From Lachnospiraceae bacterium (lineage in GTDB: Bacteria > Bacillota > Clostridia > Lachnospirales > Lachnospiraceae): a stretch of 64,000 nucleotides of DNA. The notes under the pieces are model-generated. The model was not told the DNA's origin, ran no database searches, and saw only the letters and a program-made list of their open reading frames with translations. Shown here in pieces: positions 35,301-44,561 of the stretch. Location of the stretch: assembly GCA_045598045.1 (NCBI GenBank), contig JAZLLG010000033.1, forward strand, positions 4,456 to 68,455, written 5' to 3'. Position 1 is the first letter of the stretch. Each line of letters opens with the position of its first letter. The translations under genes were made by a program, and so were the position numbers.

Positions 35301-36203
35301 ATGTGGTGTCCGAAATGTAAAAATGAATATAGAGAAGGAATTCTGGTTTGCCCCGACTGTAAATGCGATCTTGTTGAAGAAATTATTGATGAAGATGCTT
35401 TTACAGAGATTTTTAAAACATTCGATGCTCCTCTCAAAGATAAAATAGTTAAGTATCTGCAGCATCTTGACATTAAAGTTACTGTTAATGAAACAAAAGC
35501 TACGGATGACGAGCTTGCTGAGTTCGAAATGTATGCCGAGCAGGCAGGTCTTGATATTTCAAATGTAAATGCCGACGATCTTTACGCTTACACCATTATT
35601 GTTCCCAAAGAAAGCCGAAAGACAGCTATTAAAGAAGTTCAGACAATAATAAAAGTCGAATCCGAAAAAGAGATTCCCGACGAAGATGCACCTGAAGGGC
35701 TTGCATCATCTATTCCCTCTATTGCTGCTGTACGTGAACCTTCCAAAGATTTTGTCAAAGCAAAGGACCGCGCTTCCGACTACAAATCATCAGGCTGGAC
35801 ATTTGTCATTGTCGGCATTCTTATTCTTTTATTTATGATTCTGAGCATTGCAGGAATCATCCCCTACAGCACATACCTCTATATCAAGATCTTTTTTATT
35901 GTTCTTGGCTTATGTGCTGTTTTGGTCGGTGTGCTTTCCATTTCAAAGAGCAAAAAAATAGCTGCTACAATTGACGATGAAGACAAAACCGAGAAAGAAT
36001 TACTTGATTTTCTTAAGCAGAACATAACAAAAGAAGCAGTTGATAAAATATTAAACGAAGAAGACGAGCAGGAAGAACTCGTCTGGATGAAGATAACAGA
36101 GTCCGCTAAAGCACTTCTCTTGAAGCAGTTCCCCGATACAAATGCGGAATATGCCGACGAACTCATCGACAACTACTTAAACGACTTAACAGAAAACAAA
36201 TAA
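35301..36203 (+). CDS. zinc-ribbon membrane protein, function unknown
   Basis: 300 aa. The N-terminal zinc ribbon is CPKCKNEYREGILVCPDCKC. Two TM helices sit near residues 175-215, and the C-terminal tail is acidic. A good RBS (AAAGGAG) is present. Confidence 0.6.
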   Translation: MWCPKCKNEYREGILVCPDCKCDLVEEIIDEDAFTEIFKTFDAPLKDKIVKYLQHLDIKVTVNETKATDDELAEFEMYAEQAGLDISNVNADDLYAYTIIVPKESRKTAIKEVQTIIKVESEKEIPDEDAPEGLASSIPSIAAVREPSKDFVKAKDRASDYKSSGWTFVIVGILILLFMILSIAGIIPYSTYLYIKIFFIVLGLCAVLVGVLSISKSKKIAATIDDEDKTEKELLDFLKQNITKEAVDKILNEEDEQEELVWMKITESAKALLLKQFPDTNAEYADELIDNYLNDLTENK

Positions 36204-36208
36204 AAACA

Positions 36209-36248
36209 AAAAAAGTCCGGTTGACAAGATGTCTTCCGGACTTTTTTA
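36209..36248. terminator. bidirectional rho-independent terminator between convergent genes
   Basis: aaaaaGTCCGG-ttgacaagatgtctt-CCGGACttttt. An A-run on one side and a T-run on the other serve both strands. Confidence 0.75.
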
Positions 36249-36254
36249 ATTCAA

Positions 36255-39200
36255 TTAATCCAATGAGAAAAGTTCCATAATCTCTTCTTTTGTAAGAGAA
36301 TTAATAAATACTTCCTTTGTGGAAATAATGGACTCTGAAAGTTCTTTCTTATGATGCTGAAGCTTGTAAATCTTCTCTTCTATCGTACCCTTTGTAATAA
36401 GCTTAATAACTTCAACAACGTTTTTCTGACCGATTCTGTGAGCACGGTCCGTTGCCTGATCTTCGACAGCAGGATTCCACCATGGGTCAAAATGTATTAC
36501 GGAATCCGCACCGGTAAGATTAAGTCCTGTACCGCCCGCCTTCAAAGAAATAAGGAAAAGCTGACGTTCGCCGCCGTTGAAGGCTTTTACATATTCAACA
36601 CGTTCTGCGTTTTTTGTTGTTCCGTCAAGGTAGAAATATGAATATCCAAGTTCATCCAAAGACTTTTTGATGATTTCAAGCATCGACGTGAACTGCGAGA
36701 ATACAAGTATTCTGTGTCCGTTTGAAATGAGATTTGGAACAATTTCAAGGAACAAATCAAGCTTTCCGCTTCCGCCGTTATAATTTTCAAGGAATGTGGA
36801 AGGGTGACAGCATATCTGGCGAAGTCTTGTGAGCGCCGCAAGTATCTGGAAACGGCTTGCGTTGATGCCTTCATTAAGAAGCTCTGCACGAAGATCTCCT
36901 TTAACACTTTCAAGATAAGAAAGATAAAGATTTTTCTGCTCGGGATTAAGTTCTGCAGCCATCTTCTCTTCAAGCTTTTCGGGAAGTTCAAGCAGAACAT
37001 CCTTTTTCATTCTGCGCATTACAAAAGGCTGAATACGCTTGTTAAGAACAGCTTTCGCTCCTTCGTCTCCTTTTGTTATCGGCTTTTCATACTTAACGAT
37101 GAAACGTGTGTAAGAAAGCAGATAGAACGGCATAATAAAGTCAAAGATTGACCACAGCTCCGAAAGTGAATTTTCGATAGGAGTACCGGTAAGTGCAAAA
37201 CGATGCTCTGCCTGCAAAGTTTTTACGGATTTGGCATTAACGGAAGCAGCATTCTTTATAAACTGCGCTTCATCAAGGAAAATCGTATTAAATTTGCAAT
37301 CATCGTATGCATTGATATCACGTCTGATTAACGGGTATGAAGTAATAAGGACATTACTGTCATCCTCGCGCTTAATGAGAGCTTCACGGTCTGCGGGAAC
37401 ACCTTCGATAATCTTACACTTAAGTGATGGAGCGAAGTTTTCAAACTCATCAAGCCAGTTATAAACAACGGATGTAGGGCAAATAATGAGGAATTTATCG
37501 GAAGGATTTCTGCGATGCATTTCCTCAATATATACAATAGCCTGAAGCGTTTTACCAAGACCCATATCATCGGCAAGAATGCCGCCGAGGCCGTTTTCAG
37601 CAAGATTCATAAGCCATTTGTATCCGACAGTCTGATATGGCCTTAATTCGGCATTTATAGTCTCAGGAACGGCATAATCTTTTTCTTCTGATGAAAGGAC
37701 GTTATTGACAAGGCTCTTAAACTCTTCATTCTTTGTTACAATGAAGCGGCCCTCATCAAAAATTCTGTCTGCAAAAAGAGCAAGACCTTTGGAAACTTTA
37801 AGGCTTTCTTTCTTTTCAATCTCTTTTGCACTTATGTTAAGATTGTCAAGTATATCATTAAGCTCATTCAGCTCGTCAGACTCAAGATTGATGAATGAAC
37901 CGTCAGAGAGCCTGAAGAACTTCTTTTTAAGTCTGTAAGCTCTGAAAAGCTGCTTAAGTTCTTCCTTTGAAACATCACCGTAGGCAAGGTCAAGCTCAAG
38001 GAGATCGCTTTCTCTCGAAACATTGAGCCCGATGGAGAATCGTCTGTTCTGGGAGGTTTTAAGGTGTTTAAAATCCTCTGAATAGAAAAGCTCGGCATAT
38101 TCTTTAAGCTCTTCGACACCGTCCGTTATGAAGGAATATATGCTTGCATCAGCCTTGAGAAGGTAGAAACCGGAATACGCTTCAAATCCGTTTCTTTCAA
38201 GAATATCGCTGATTGCTTTTTCCTTTTCTTTATTTCTGAGAATGATATACGGATCGCTTTTGGGAGTCTCAAAAGAATTGAAACGATAGTCACCGTAAGT
38301 GAAATACAGCTCTGCTTTAATGTAGTTATTATATTTGTCGAAATAGATTTCAGATGTAAAATCAAGTGATATGTACTTTTCCGAAAGGTCTTCGGGAATT
38401 TCAAGTTCCATTGTCTCGTGAAGCTTCGGAAGCACTGTTTCAAGGAAACGCTGTTTGTATTTGCCTTCAAAAACAAGAGGCGTTCTGTCGCCGCCGAGAT
38501 TATTGAAGAAAGGAAGGAAATTACGAAGAAAAACCTTATCCGGAGTATAAAGGAATCCGTCCCTGTAAAGCACTTCTCCGTTTTCGGTTATCGGAATAAC
38601 AGGCTCCTTATCTTTATAGTCGAGGAAGCAGGAATCCTCAAGATTAATCAAATCAAATTCAATCTGAGGGTTTGAGCCTATACAGTGAACATCAAAAAAT
38701 GTATTTCCGTAAAGCTCAAGTGTACACGAAAGATTACCTATCTGATGCAAAAGTTTTATGAAAAGAAACTTTGAAATCAACATCTGTGACTTAAAGAAGA
38801 TGTCGGTTCCATCTTTTCCGGCAGTAAGCTCAGATACATCAAAAATACCGAGCAGGTAGTCAAGGAAATTCTTTGAATCACGGTCAAAAGCACTTTCACC
38901 ATATACAAAATGAAAGTCCTTTCCAAGGACGATAGGCTCCTGACGAACAAATGAATCTAGGAACTTCTTAAGATTCTGGACTTTATAAAGGCGGCTGCTC
39001 CCGACTTTAATGGAAATGCCTGCTTTACCCGAACCGTTTTTAAGCATCTCCTGAAGGCTTATAACAGGTTCGATATGAAAAACGTCACCGGTAAGAGAAA
39101 TGGTCTCCTGGTTGTCAAAATAATCAAGAACGTCGTATATACGCTTCTCTTCCGATGTTTTGGGTAAATTGCCCTCTGCTTTTTCCTGACGCTTGTAGAG

Positions 39201-39470
39201 CATACAAAGAGAACAGATTACATGTTTGCATGCCCCCTTATTAAGAAGGCTTGAAGGACATGTGCACGAATAGTCGAACATTCCTTCATCCAGCTCATTG
39301 ATAAGCACGGTATATGTGCTTGAACCTGATACTATAAACTTGTATTTATGACTTTGTTTGGAATATGATGCGTTTTTTATATGACCGTTTTTAAAGTAAG
39401 CGAGACCTCTGTTGTAGGTCATTTCATCAACTGCAAGATTTCTTATTTTCTGCTTTGTAAGATGAATCAT
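36255..39470 (-). CDS. SNF2-family ATPase/translocase with N-terminal SWIM zinc finger
   Basis: 1071 aa. The SWIM motif is CTCPSSLLNKGACKHV. The helicase motifs are ILADDMGLGKTLQ (I), LDEAQFIKN (II), LTGTPIEN, and SLKAGGTGLNLTGADSVIHFDPWWNPAVEDQATDRAHRIGQ (V-VI). An AAGGAG RBS lies 14 nt after the scpB stop. Confidence 0.9.
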   Translation of the reverse strand: MIHLTKQKIRNLAVDEMTYNRGLAYFKNGHIKNASYSKQSHKYKFIVSGSSTYTVLINELDEGMFDYSCTCPSSLLNKGACKHVICSLCMLYKRQEKAEGNLPKTSEEKRIYDVLDYFDNQETISLTGDVFHIEPVISLQEMLKNGSGKAGISIKVGSSRLYKVQNLKKFLDSFVRQEPIVLGKDFHFVYGESAFDRDSKNFLDYLLGIFDVSELTAGKDGTDIFFKSQMLISKFLFIKLLHQIGNLSCTLELYGNTFFDVHCIGSNPQIEFDLINLEDSCFLDYKDKEPVIPITENGEVLYRDGFLYTPDKVFLRNFLPFFNNLGGDRTPLVFEGKYKQRFLETVLPKLHETMELEIPEDLSEKYISLDFTSEIYFDKYNNYIKAELYFTYGDYRFNSFETPKSDPYIILRNKEKEKAISDILERNGFEAYSGFYLLKADASIYSFITDGVEELKEYAELFYSEDFKHLKTSQNRRFSIGLNVSRESDLLELDLAYGDVSKEELKQLFRAYRLKKKFFRLSDGSFINLESDELNELNDILDNLNISAKEIEKKESLKVSKGLALFADRIFDEGRFIVTKNEEFKSLVNNVLSSEEKDYAVPETINAELRPYQTVGYKWLMNLAENGLGGILADDMGLGKTLQAIVYIEEMHRRNPSDKFLIICPTSVVYNWLDEFENFAPSLKCKIIEGVPADREALIKREDDSNVLITSYPLIRRDINAYDDCKFNTIFLDEAQFIKNAASVNAKSVKTLQAEHRFALTGTPIENSLSELWSIFDFIMPFYLLSYTRFIVKYEKPITKGDEGAKAVLNKRIQPFVMRRMKKDVLLELPEKLEEKMAAELNPEQKNLYLSYLESVKGDLRAELLNEGINASRFQILAALTRLRQICCHPSTFLENYNGGSGKLDLFLEIVPNLISNGHRILVFSQFTSMLEIIKKSLDELGYSYFYLDGTTKNAERVEYVKAFNGGERQLFLISLKAGGTGLNLTGADSVIHFDPWWNPAVEDQATDRAHRIGQKNVVEVIKLITKGTIEEKIYKLQHHKKELSESIISTKEVFINSLTKEEIMELFSLD

Positions 39471-39484
39471 TTCTGCTCCTTGGA

Positions 39485-40057
39485 TTAAATGTCAAGAGTC
39501 AACTGCAGCTCTTCCTGTACTTCAAGCTTGAAGTCTTCGATTCTTTCGGGATTTACTATAGGCAGATCCGAAAGTGATGAAAGTCCGAAATAACGAAGGA
39601 ACTCTTCTGTTGTGCCGAAAGCAATCGGACGGCCGGGTGCTTCCATTCTTCCGAGCTCCGCAACAAGGTTGTACTCAACAAGTCTGGATACGGCATGGTC
39701 GGAATCCACACCGCGGATAGCGGAAATTTCATTACGTGTAATAGGTTGTTTGTATGCAATGATGGAAAGAGTCTCCAAAAGAGCATCGGTAAGAACATGC
39801 TTTTTTGGAGCATGAGCAACTTTAATAACATATTCATACATATCGGGCTTTGTGCACATCTGATATGAGTCATTAAGCTCGATAATCTGGACGCCGCGTT
39901 CATTTGACTCTTTATATTCGATAATCATGTTCCTGAGGATGTTCCTGACAACCTCAACGTCCTGCTCAAGAGCGGTTGCAATGCGGTCTGCCTCAACAGC
40001 TTCCCCCATTGTAAAAAGAATTGCTTCAATTTTGGATTTTGCTTCGTTTATGTCCAT
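39485..40057 (-). CDS. scpB: SMC-Scp complex subunit ScpB
   Basis: Motifs are IEAILFTMGE and the wHTH repeats (SIIAYKQPITRNEISAIRGV). I place the start at the ATG at 40057 after GGAG. The track ORF extends to 40111 and would overlap scpA. Confidence 0.85.
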   Translation of the reverse strand: MDINEAKSKIEAILFTMGEAVEADRIATALEQDVEVVRNILRNMIIEYKESNERGVQIIELNDSYQMCTKPDMYEYVIKVAHAPKKHVLTDALLETLSIIAYKQPITRNEISAIRGVDSDHAVSRLVEYNLVAELGRMEAPGRPIAFGTTEEFLRYFGLSSLSDLPIVNPERIEDFKLEVQEELQLTLDI

Positions 40058-40067
40058 TTTGTCTCCA

Positions 40068-40856
40068 TCAACCGAATAATCCGTTATTTTCGTCGAAGTC
40101 AACGATGTCATCGGCTGTGTATTCTATTTCGATATCTTCAAATATTTCTTTTTGGGTTATGTTCATACGACCCATTTTCATTAGTTCCAAAATGCAGAGG
40201 AACGTAACGATAATGTCCATTTTATCGGTACGGCTTTCAAGAAGTCCTCTGAATGAGAAACGTCTGTTTGCGAGGCCGTATTCCTGAACGTAAAACATCT
40301 TTTTTGAAAGAGAAACTTCTTCTTTTTCAATCTTACCGAACTTACTTCTGACCGGATCGATTTTATCCTCTCGTTTCTTCATGACGCTTTCAAAAATATC
40401 ATTAAGCTTTGAAAGGGAAATATCGTTCAGAAGCTCGGAAACAGGTACATCCTCATGGTAGTTAAGAATCTCCGGAGGAAGATTTGAAACTTTGAAGAAA
40501 ACCCTGTCGGCATCAAGAGCCATGTCTTTAAGCTCAAGCGAGGTATACTTGTACATTTTGTACTCAAGAAGTCTTTCGACAAGTTCTGTTCTGGGATCGA
40601 TTTCTTCGCCTGTTTCTTCGTCAATTTCCACAGGAAGCAGCATTTTGGACTTGATTCTCAACAATGTGGAAGCCATAAGAAGGAACTCGCTCATGGAATC
40701 CAGATTAAGCTCCTCAATGCCTTTTATGGCGTCGAGATACTGGTCCGTAATATCCGCAATGGGAATATCATAAATATTTACTTTGTTTATGTCTATGAGG
40801 TGCAGAAGGAGGTCGAGAGGGCCTTCAAAAGCATCAAGTTTTATGTCAAGTGCCAT
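40068..40856 (-). CDS. scpA: segregation and condensation protein A (kleisin ScpA)
   Basis: 262 aa with the N-terminal motif LDAFEGPLDLLLHLI. Confidence 0.9.
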   Translation of the reverse strand: MALDIKLDAFEGPLDLLLHLIDINKVNIYDIPIADITDQYLDAIKGIEELNLDSMSEFLLMASTLLRIKSKMLLPVEIDEETGEEIDPRTELVERLLEYKMYKYTSLELKDMALDADRVFFKVSNLPPEILNYHEDVPVSELLNDISLSKLNDIFESVMKKREDKIDPVRSKFGKIEKEEVSLSKKMFYVQEYGLANRRFSFRGLLESRTDKMDIIVTFLCILELMKMGRMNITQKEIFEDIEIEYTADDIVDFDENNGLFG

Positions 40857-40909
40857 AATTCCTCACTGATTATTAAAAATTTGACTGCAATATTATAGCA
40901 CAGAAAATC

Positions 40910-40942
40910 AAAAAAAAGAACACTTCCTTTAAAGAAATGTTC
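40910..40942 (-). terminator. rho-independent terminator after the metallophosphoesterase gene
   Basis: On the - strand the stem is GAACAUUUC / GAAGUGUUC, 9 bp including one G-U pair. It is followed by U8. An extended -10 element (TGcTATAAT, 40892-40900) for scpA follows. Confidence 0.7.
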
Positions 40943-40952
40943 CATGATTTAT

Positions 40953-41774
40953 TTAAATTCGAATGAAGGTAATCTCAGCCCTGTTTAAAAACCTGCAGGG
41001 AATGAAATGAGTACCTGTTCCTCTGCTTACATAAAGTTTTGTATTGTCGAGCTCATATAAGCCGGCTGTATATTTCGGCTTCGGATGAATCGTATAAAGA
41101 ATCCCCCCGATAAAAGGAAGCCTTATATGACCGCCATGAAGATGACCGGAAATGATGAGGTCCGGTGAAAGTCTGTCCGTAAGAAGGCCGGCATATGCAG
41201 GCGTATGGCAGACAACAACAGTGTACTTGCATGGAACAAGCTTTTCCGGAAATTCTTTCATGTTCTCGTCAGAAAGAGGAACCTTTCCTGACTGTTTGTC
41301 GTTTTTATATAAATCTCCGGAAAGTCTCAAGCCGTAAAGCTCACATGTTTCCGAAAGAGATACATGATCCTCGACGAATTCAACCATACCGGCGATAGAT
41401 GCTTTAAAATTCTCCCACTGAAGAGGATGATAAAGCTCGTTCTTCTGTTCGTGATTGCCGTAGCAATAATAAACAGTTGCTATTTTGGAAAGCTCATATA
41501 CAAGAGAAACCGTATGCGAAACATCAATATTTTTTTGATTAATGAGATCTCCGGCGATAATAATGCAATCCGGCTTTTCATCCTTGATTCGTTTTAATGC
41601 GGACTTTGAAAGATGGTTGTTATGAAGATCGCATAAAATGCAGAGCTTAAGCCCGTTATAGTCTGTAAGATTCTCTACAGTGAAACTGACGTGCTTATGC
41701 TCTACAAGTTCAATTATGATGTATGCGATTAATAATACGGCAAGTACTGCAAGTACTATGTAAAAAGTTCTCAT
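40953..41774 (-). CDS. membrane-anchored metallophosphoesterase
   Basis: 273 aa with an N-terminal TM segment. The calcineurin-like motifs are LCDLHN, GDLIN, GNHE and GHLHGG. Confidence 0.8.
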   Translation of the reverse strand: MRTFYIVLAVLAVLLIAYIIIELVEHKHVSFTVENLTDYNGLKLCILCDLHNNHLSKSALKRIKDEKPDCIIIAGDLINQKNIDVSHTVSLVYELSKIATVYYCYGNHEQKNELYHPLQWENFKASIAGMVEFVEDHVSLSETCELYGLRLSGDLYKNDKQSGKVPLSDENMKEFPEKLVPCKYTVVVCHTPAYAGLLTDRLSPDLIISGHLHGGHIRLPFIGGILYTIHPKPKYTAGLYELDNTKLYVSRGTGTHFIPCRFLNRAEITFIRI

Positions 41775-43075
41775 TTTATAATCTCAAGGACATGCTTGGG
41801 AGCTGCAACTTTGTTTGCAGAGAAGCTGTATGCGCCGTGAATACGCTTTGAAGCGGTACGAAGCTTATCAACATCATTTGCATAAAGTGTAGCGATACAA
41901 TCGCCCTTTGTAACATAATCTCCGATTTTCTTTCTGATTCTTATGCCGACCGCAGGATCGATGACATCTTCCTTTGTTTCACGACCGCCGCCGAGGATAA
42001 GGCTTGTAATACCGATTTCATCTGTTTTGATTTCGGAAATGTAACCCTCGTTTGTAGCGATAATGTCTTCGGAATACTCTGTCTTTTCAAATTTGTCGGT
42101 ATTGAAAATACGCTCTGTTTCACCGCCCTGGGAAGCAATAAATTCAGCAAGCTTGTTGAGAGCGCTGCCGTCTTCGATTGTTTTCTTGAGCATAGCTTCT
42201 GCTTCAGCTTCTGTTTGAGCCTTTCCGGTGCCGAGAAGCATATAAGTTGCAAGTGTAAAGCAGGCCTCCATAAGATCTGCGGGGCCACGTCCGTTAAGTG
42301 CTTCAACTGCTTCAAAAGCTTCAAGTGAGTTGCCGACATAATTGCCGAGAGGCTGGCTCATGTCTGTAATAACGGCATAAGTCTTTTTGCCGCAGCCGTT
42401 ACCGATTTTGACCATAATTTCAGCAAGAGAACGTGCATCCTCAAGTGTCTTCATGAAAGCTCCGCTTCCGACTTTAACGTCAAGTACAATGACATCACTG
42501 CCGGCTGCAAGCTTTTTACTCATAATGGATGATGCAATAAGTGACTTATTGTCTACCGTAGCGGTGACGTCACGAAGAGCATACATTTTTTTGTCAGCGG
42601 GGCAAAGCTCGCCTGACTGACCGATAATCGCAAGACCGATGCGATTAACCTGTTCAATAAATTCTTCTTTTGTAAGTGTTACGGAAAAGCCTTTGAAGCT
42701 TTCGAGTTTGTCGATGGTTCCGCCTGTGTGGCCGAGCCCTCTTCCGCTCATCTTTGCAACGGGAACGCCAAGTGCAGCAACCATAGGTCCGATAATAAGT
42801 GATGTCTTGTCACCTACACCGCCTGTGGAATGTTTGTCTGCCTTAAGACCGTTAATCTCGGAAAGATCCATCGTATCACCGGAATCAATCATTGCCTGTG
42901 TAAGGTCGATTGTTTCCTGTATGTCCATGCCCTTAAAGTATACTGCCATAAGAAAAGCGGACATCTGATAATCCGGAATTTCTCCGTTTGTAAAACCCTT
43001 TACAATAAACTCAATTTCTTCTTTGGTAAGCTTTTCCCCTAACTTTTTCTTTTGAATGAGATCATACATTCTCAT
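41771..43075 (-). CDS. pdp: pyrimidine-nucleoside (thymidine) phosphorylase
   Basis: 434 aa with the motifs KHSTGGVGDK and SGRGLGHTGGTIDKLE. Confidence 0.9.
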   Translation of the reverse strand: MRMYDLIQKKKLGEKLTKEEIEFIVKGFTNGEIPDYQMSAFLMAVYFKGMDIQETIDLTQAMIDSGDTMDLSEINGLKADKHSTGGVGDKTSLIIGPMVAALGVPVAKMSGRGLGHTGGTIDKLESFKGFSVTLTKEEFIEQVNRIGLAIIGQSGELCPADKKMYALRDVTATVDNKSLIASSIMSKKLAAGSDVIVLDVKVGSGAFMKTLEDARSLAEIMVKIGNGCGKKTYAVITDMSQPLGNYVGNSLEAFEAVEALNGRGPADLMEACFTLATYMLLGTGKAQTEAEAEAMLKKTIEDGSALNKLAEFIASQGGETERIFNTDKFEKTEYSEDIIATNEGYISEIKTDEIGITSLILGGGRETKEDVIDPAVGIRIRKKIGDYVTKGDCIATLYANDVDKLRTASKRIHGAYSFSANKVAAPKHVLEIIK

Positions 43076-43081
43076 AGAAAA

Positions 43082-43639
43082 CTACCCCCTGTATTTCATC
43101 ATAATCTTTCTTGCAATACTCTCTTTGTAGCACATAATTCCGGCAATCGTTTTGGAATCCATTATTTCGAATTCCATAATTTTGTTGATAAGTTCGTTTA
43201 AATCGTACTTTTCAACTTCAAGCTCTTCATCCGGGTCAAGATGCTGCTTGGTTTTCTTAAGCCCTTTTGCAACATAAATCTCGATGTACTCGGTGCTGAA
43301 TGCGGGTGCGGAATAAAATTTCGTAAGGAGTTCGATTTCATCGGCCTTGTAACCGATCTCCTCTTCAAGCTCTCTTGCGGCAGCGGTCATACGATCTTCA
43401 CCTTCGTTAAGGCACCCTGCGGGAATTTCAAGAGTAACTCTGTCGCAGCCGGGTCTGTACTGCTTAACCATAAAAATCTTTCCGTCATCATCAACTGCAA
43501 CAACTGCTGCGGCACCTTTGTGCTTTACAATATCCCATACAGCCGTATTACCGTTTTGGAATTCCATTGTGTTCTCATAGAAATCAAGAATATGTCCGTT
43601 ATGAATAAGTTTTGAATCTTTACATTTGGGATTTTTCAT
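43082..43639 (-). CDS. Nudix hydrolase (ADP-ribose pyrophosphatase-like)
   Basis: 185 aa with the Nudix box GCLNEGEDRMTAAARELEEEIGY. Confidence 0.85.
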   Translation of the reverse strand: MKNPKCKDSKLIHNGHILDFYENTMEFQNGNTAVWDIVKHKGAAAVVAVDDDGKIFMVKQYRPGCDRVTLEIPAGCLNEGEDRMTAAARELEEEIGYKADEIELLTKFYSAPAFSTEYIEIYVAKGLKKTKQHLDPDEELEVEKYDLNELINKIMEFEIMDSKTIAGIMCYKESIARKIMMKYRG

Positions 43640-43641
43640 AT

Positions 43642-44442
43642 TTACCTCTTTCCGAACGCATTTCCTTTTTCGTATACTGCGTCACACGCTTTGATTATGG
43701 AGTTTCTGAAACCGTTTTCCTCAAGAGCGGATACACCGCATATTGTTGTACCTCCGGGTGAGCAGACATTATCCTTCAGTTCACCGGGATGACAATGTGT
43801 TTCAAGCACCATTTTCGCGGAGCCCAAAACCGTCTGCGCAACCATTTTATACGCTGTTTCTCTTGGGATGCCGTACTTGACAACTCCGTCCGCCATTGCT
43901 TCGATGAACATATAAACATAGGCAGGACTTGAGCCGCTTGCAACTGTGGCTGTATTCATAAGCTTCTCAGGAAGTTCCACATATGACCCTACAGTGGAAA
44001 GAAGCTCGAGAATCTGTTCTTTATTGCCGTTAAAGTCTTCTCCGAACGAAACTGCAGTCATTCCCTCACATACAAGGGCAGGTGTATTCGGCATACATCT
44101 GACTACATTCACGTTTCCATTAAAGCACTCTGACAGATAGTCTGTGGAAATACCGGGCGCTATGGAAATAATGGTTTTCTTTTCCGGCGAAGTAATGACT
44201 GCACCTTTGATTTCAGAAATGACGGTGTCATAAACCTGAGGCTTAACGGCGAAAAGAATCGTATCGCAGTTTTTACAAAGCTCAACATTGTTTAAGGAAG
44301 GTGTAACGCCAAGCTCCTCAGAAAGCCGTGCAAGCTTTTCCTCACTACGGGTCCAGCAGGTGACTTTATCCTTACCGAAAACTTTTACAGCGCCTTTAAG
44401 TAAAGGCGTTCCCATATTACCAAGTCCGATTACTCCAAGCAT
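43642..44442 (-). CDS. proC: pyrroline-5-carboxylate reductase
   Basis: It has the Rossmann motif GVIGLGNMG and a C-terminal SPGGTT. I place the start at the ATG at 44442, 6 nt after GGAG. The track start is 44454. Confidence 0.9.
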   Translation of the reverse strand: MLGVIGLGNMGTPLLKGAVKVFGKDKVTCWTRSEEKLARLSEELGVTPSLNNVELCKNCDTILFAVKPQVYDTVISEIKGAVITSPEKKTIISIAPGISTDYLSECFNGNVNVVRCMPNTPALVCEGMTAVSFGEDFNGNKEQILELLSTVGSYVELPEKLMNTATVASGSSPAYVYMFIEAMADGVVKYGIPRETAYKMVAQTVLGSAKMVLETHCHPGELKDNVCSPGGTTICGVSALEENGFRNSIIKACDAVYEKGNAFGKR

Positions 44443-44508
44443 ATTTGTCTCCATTCAGTTGCATATTTTGTGTCTGATATAATCGAGTAGGATTCATCCT
44501 ACATGCAC

Positions 44509-44548
44509 AAAAAAGAGTAGAATTGTATTTTATTACAATCCTACTCTT
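44509..44548 (-). terminator. rho-independent terminator after the aminotransferase gene
   Basis: On the - strand the hairpin is agaguaggauugua-auaaaa-uacaauucuacucu, a 14-bp stem with one mismatch. It is followed by U6. Confidence 0.6.
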
Positions 44549-44561
44549 TAATCAATCAAAT

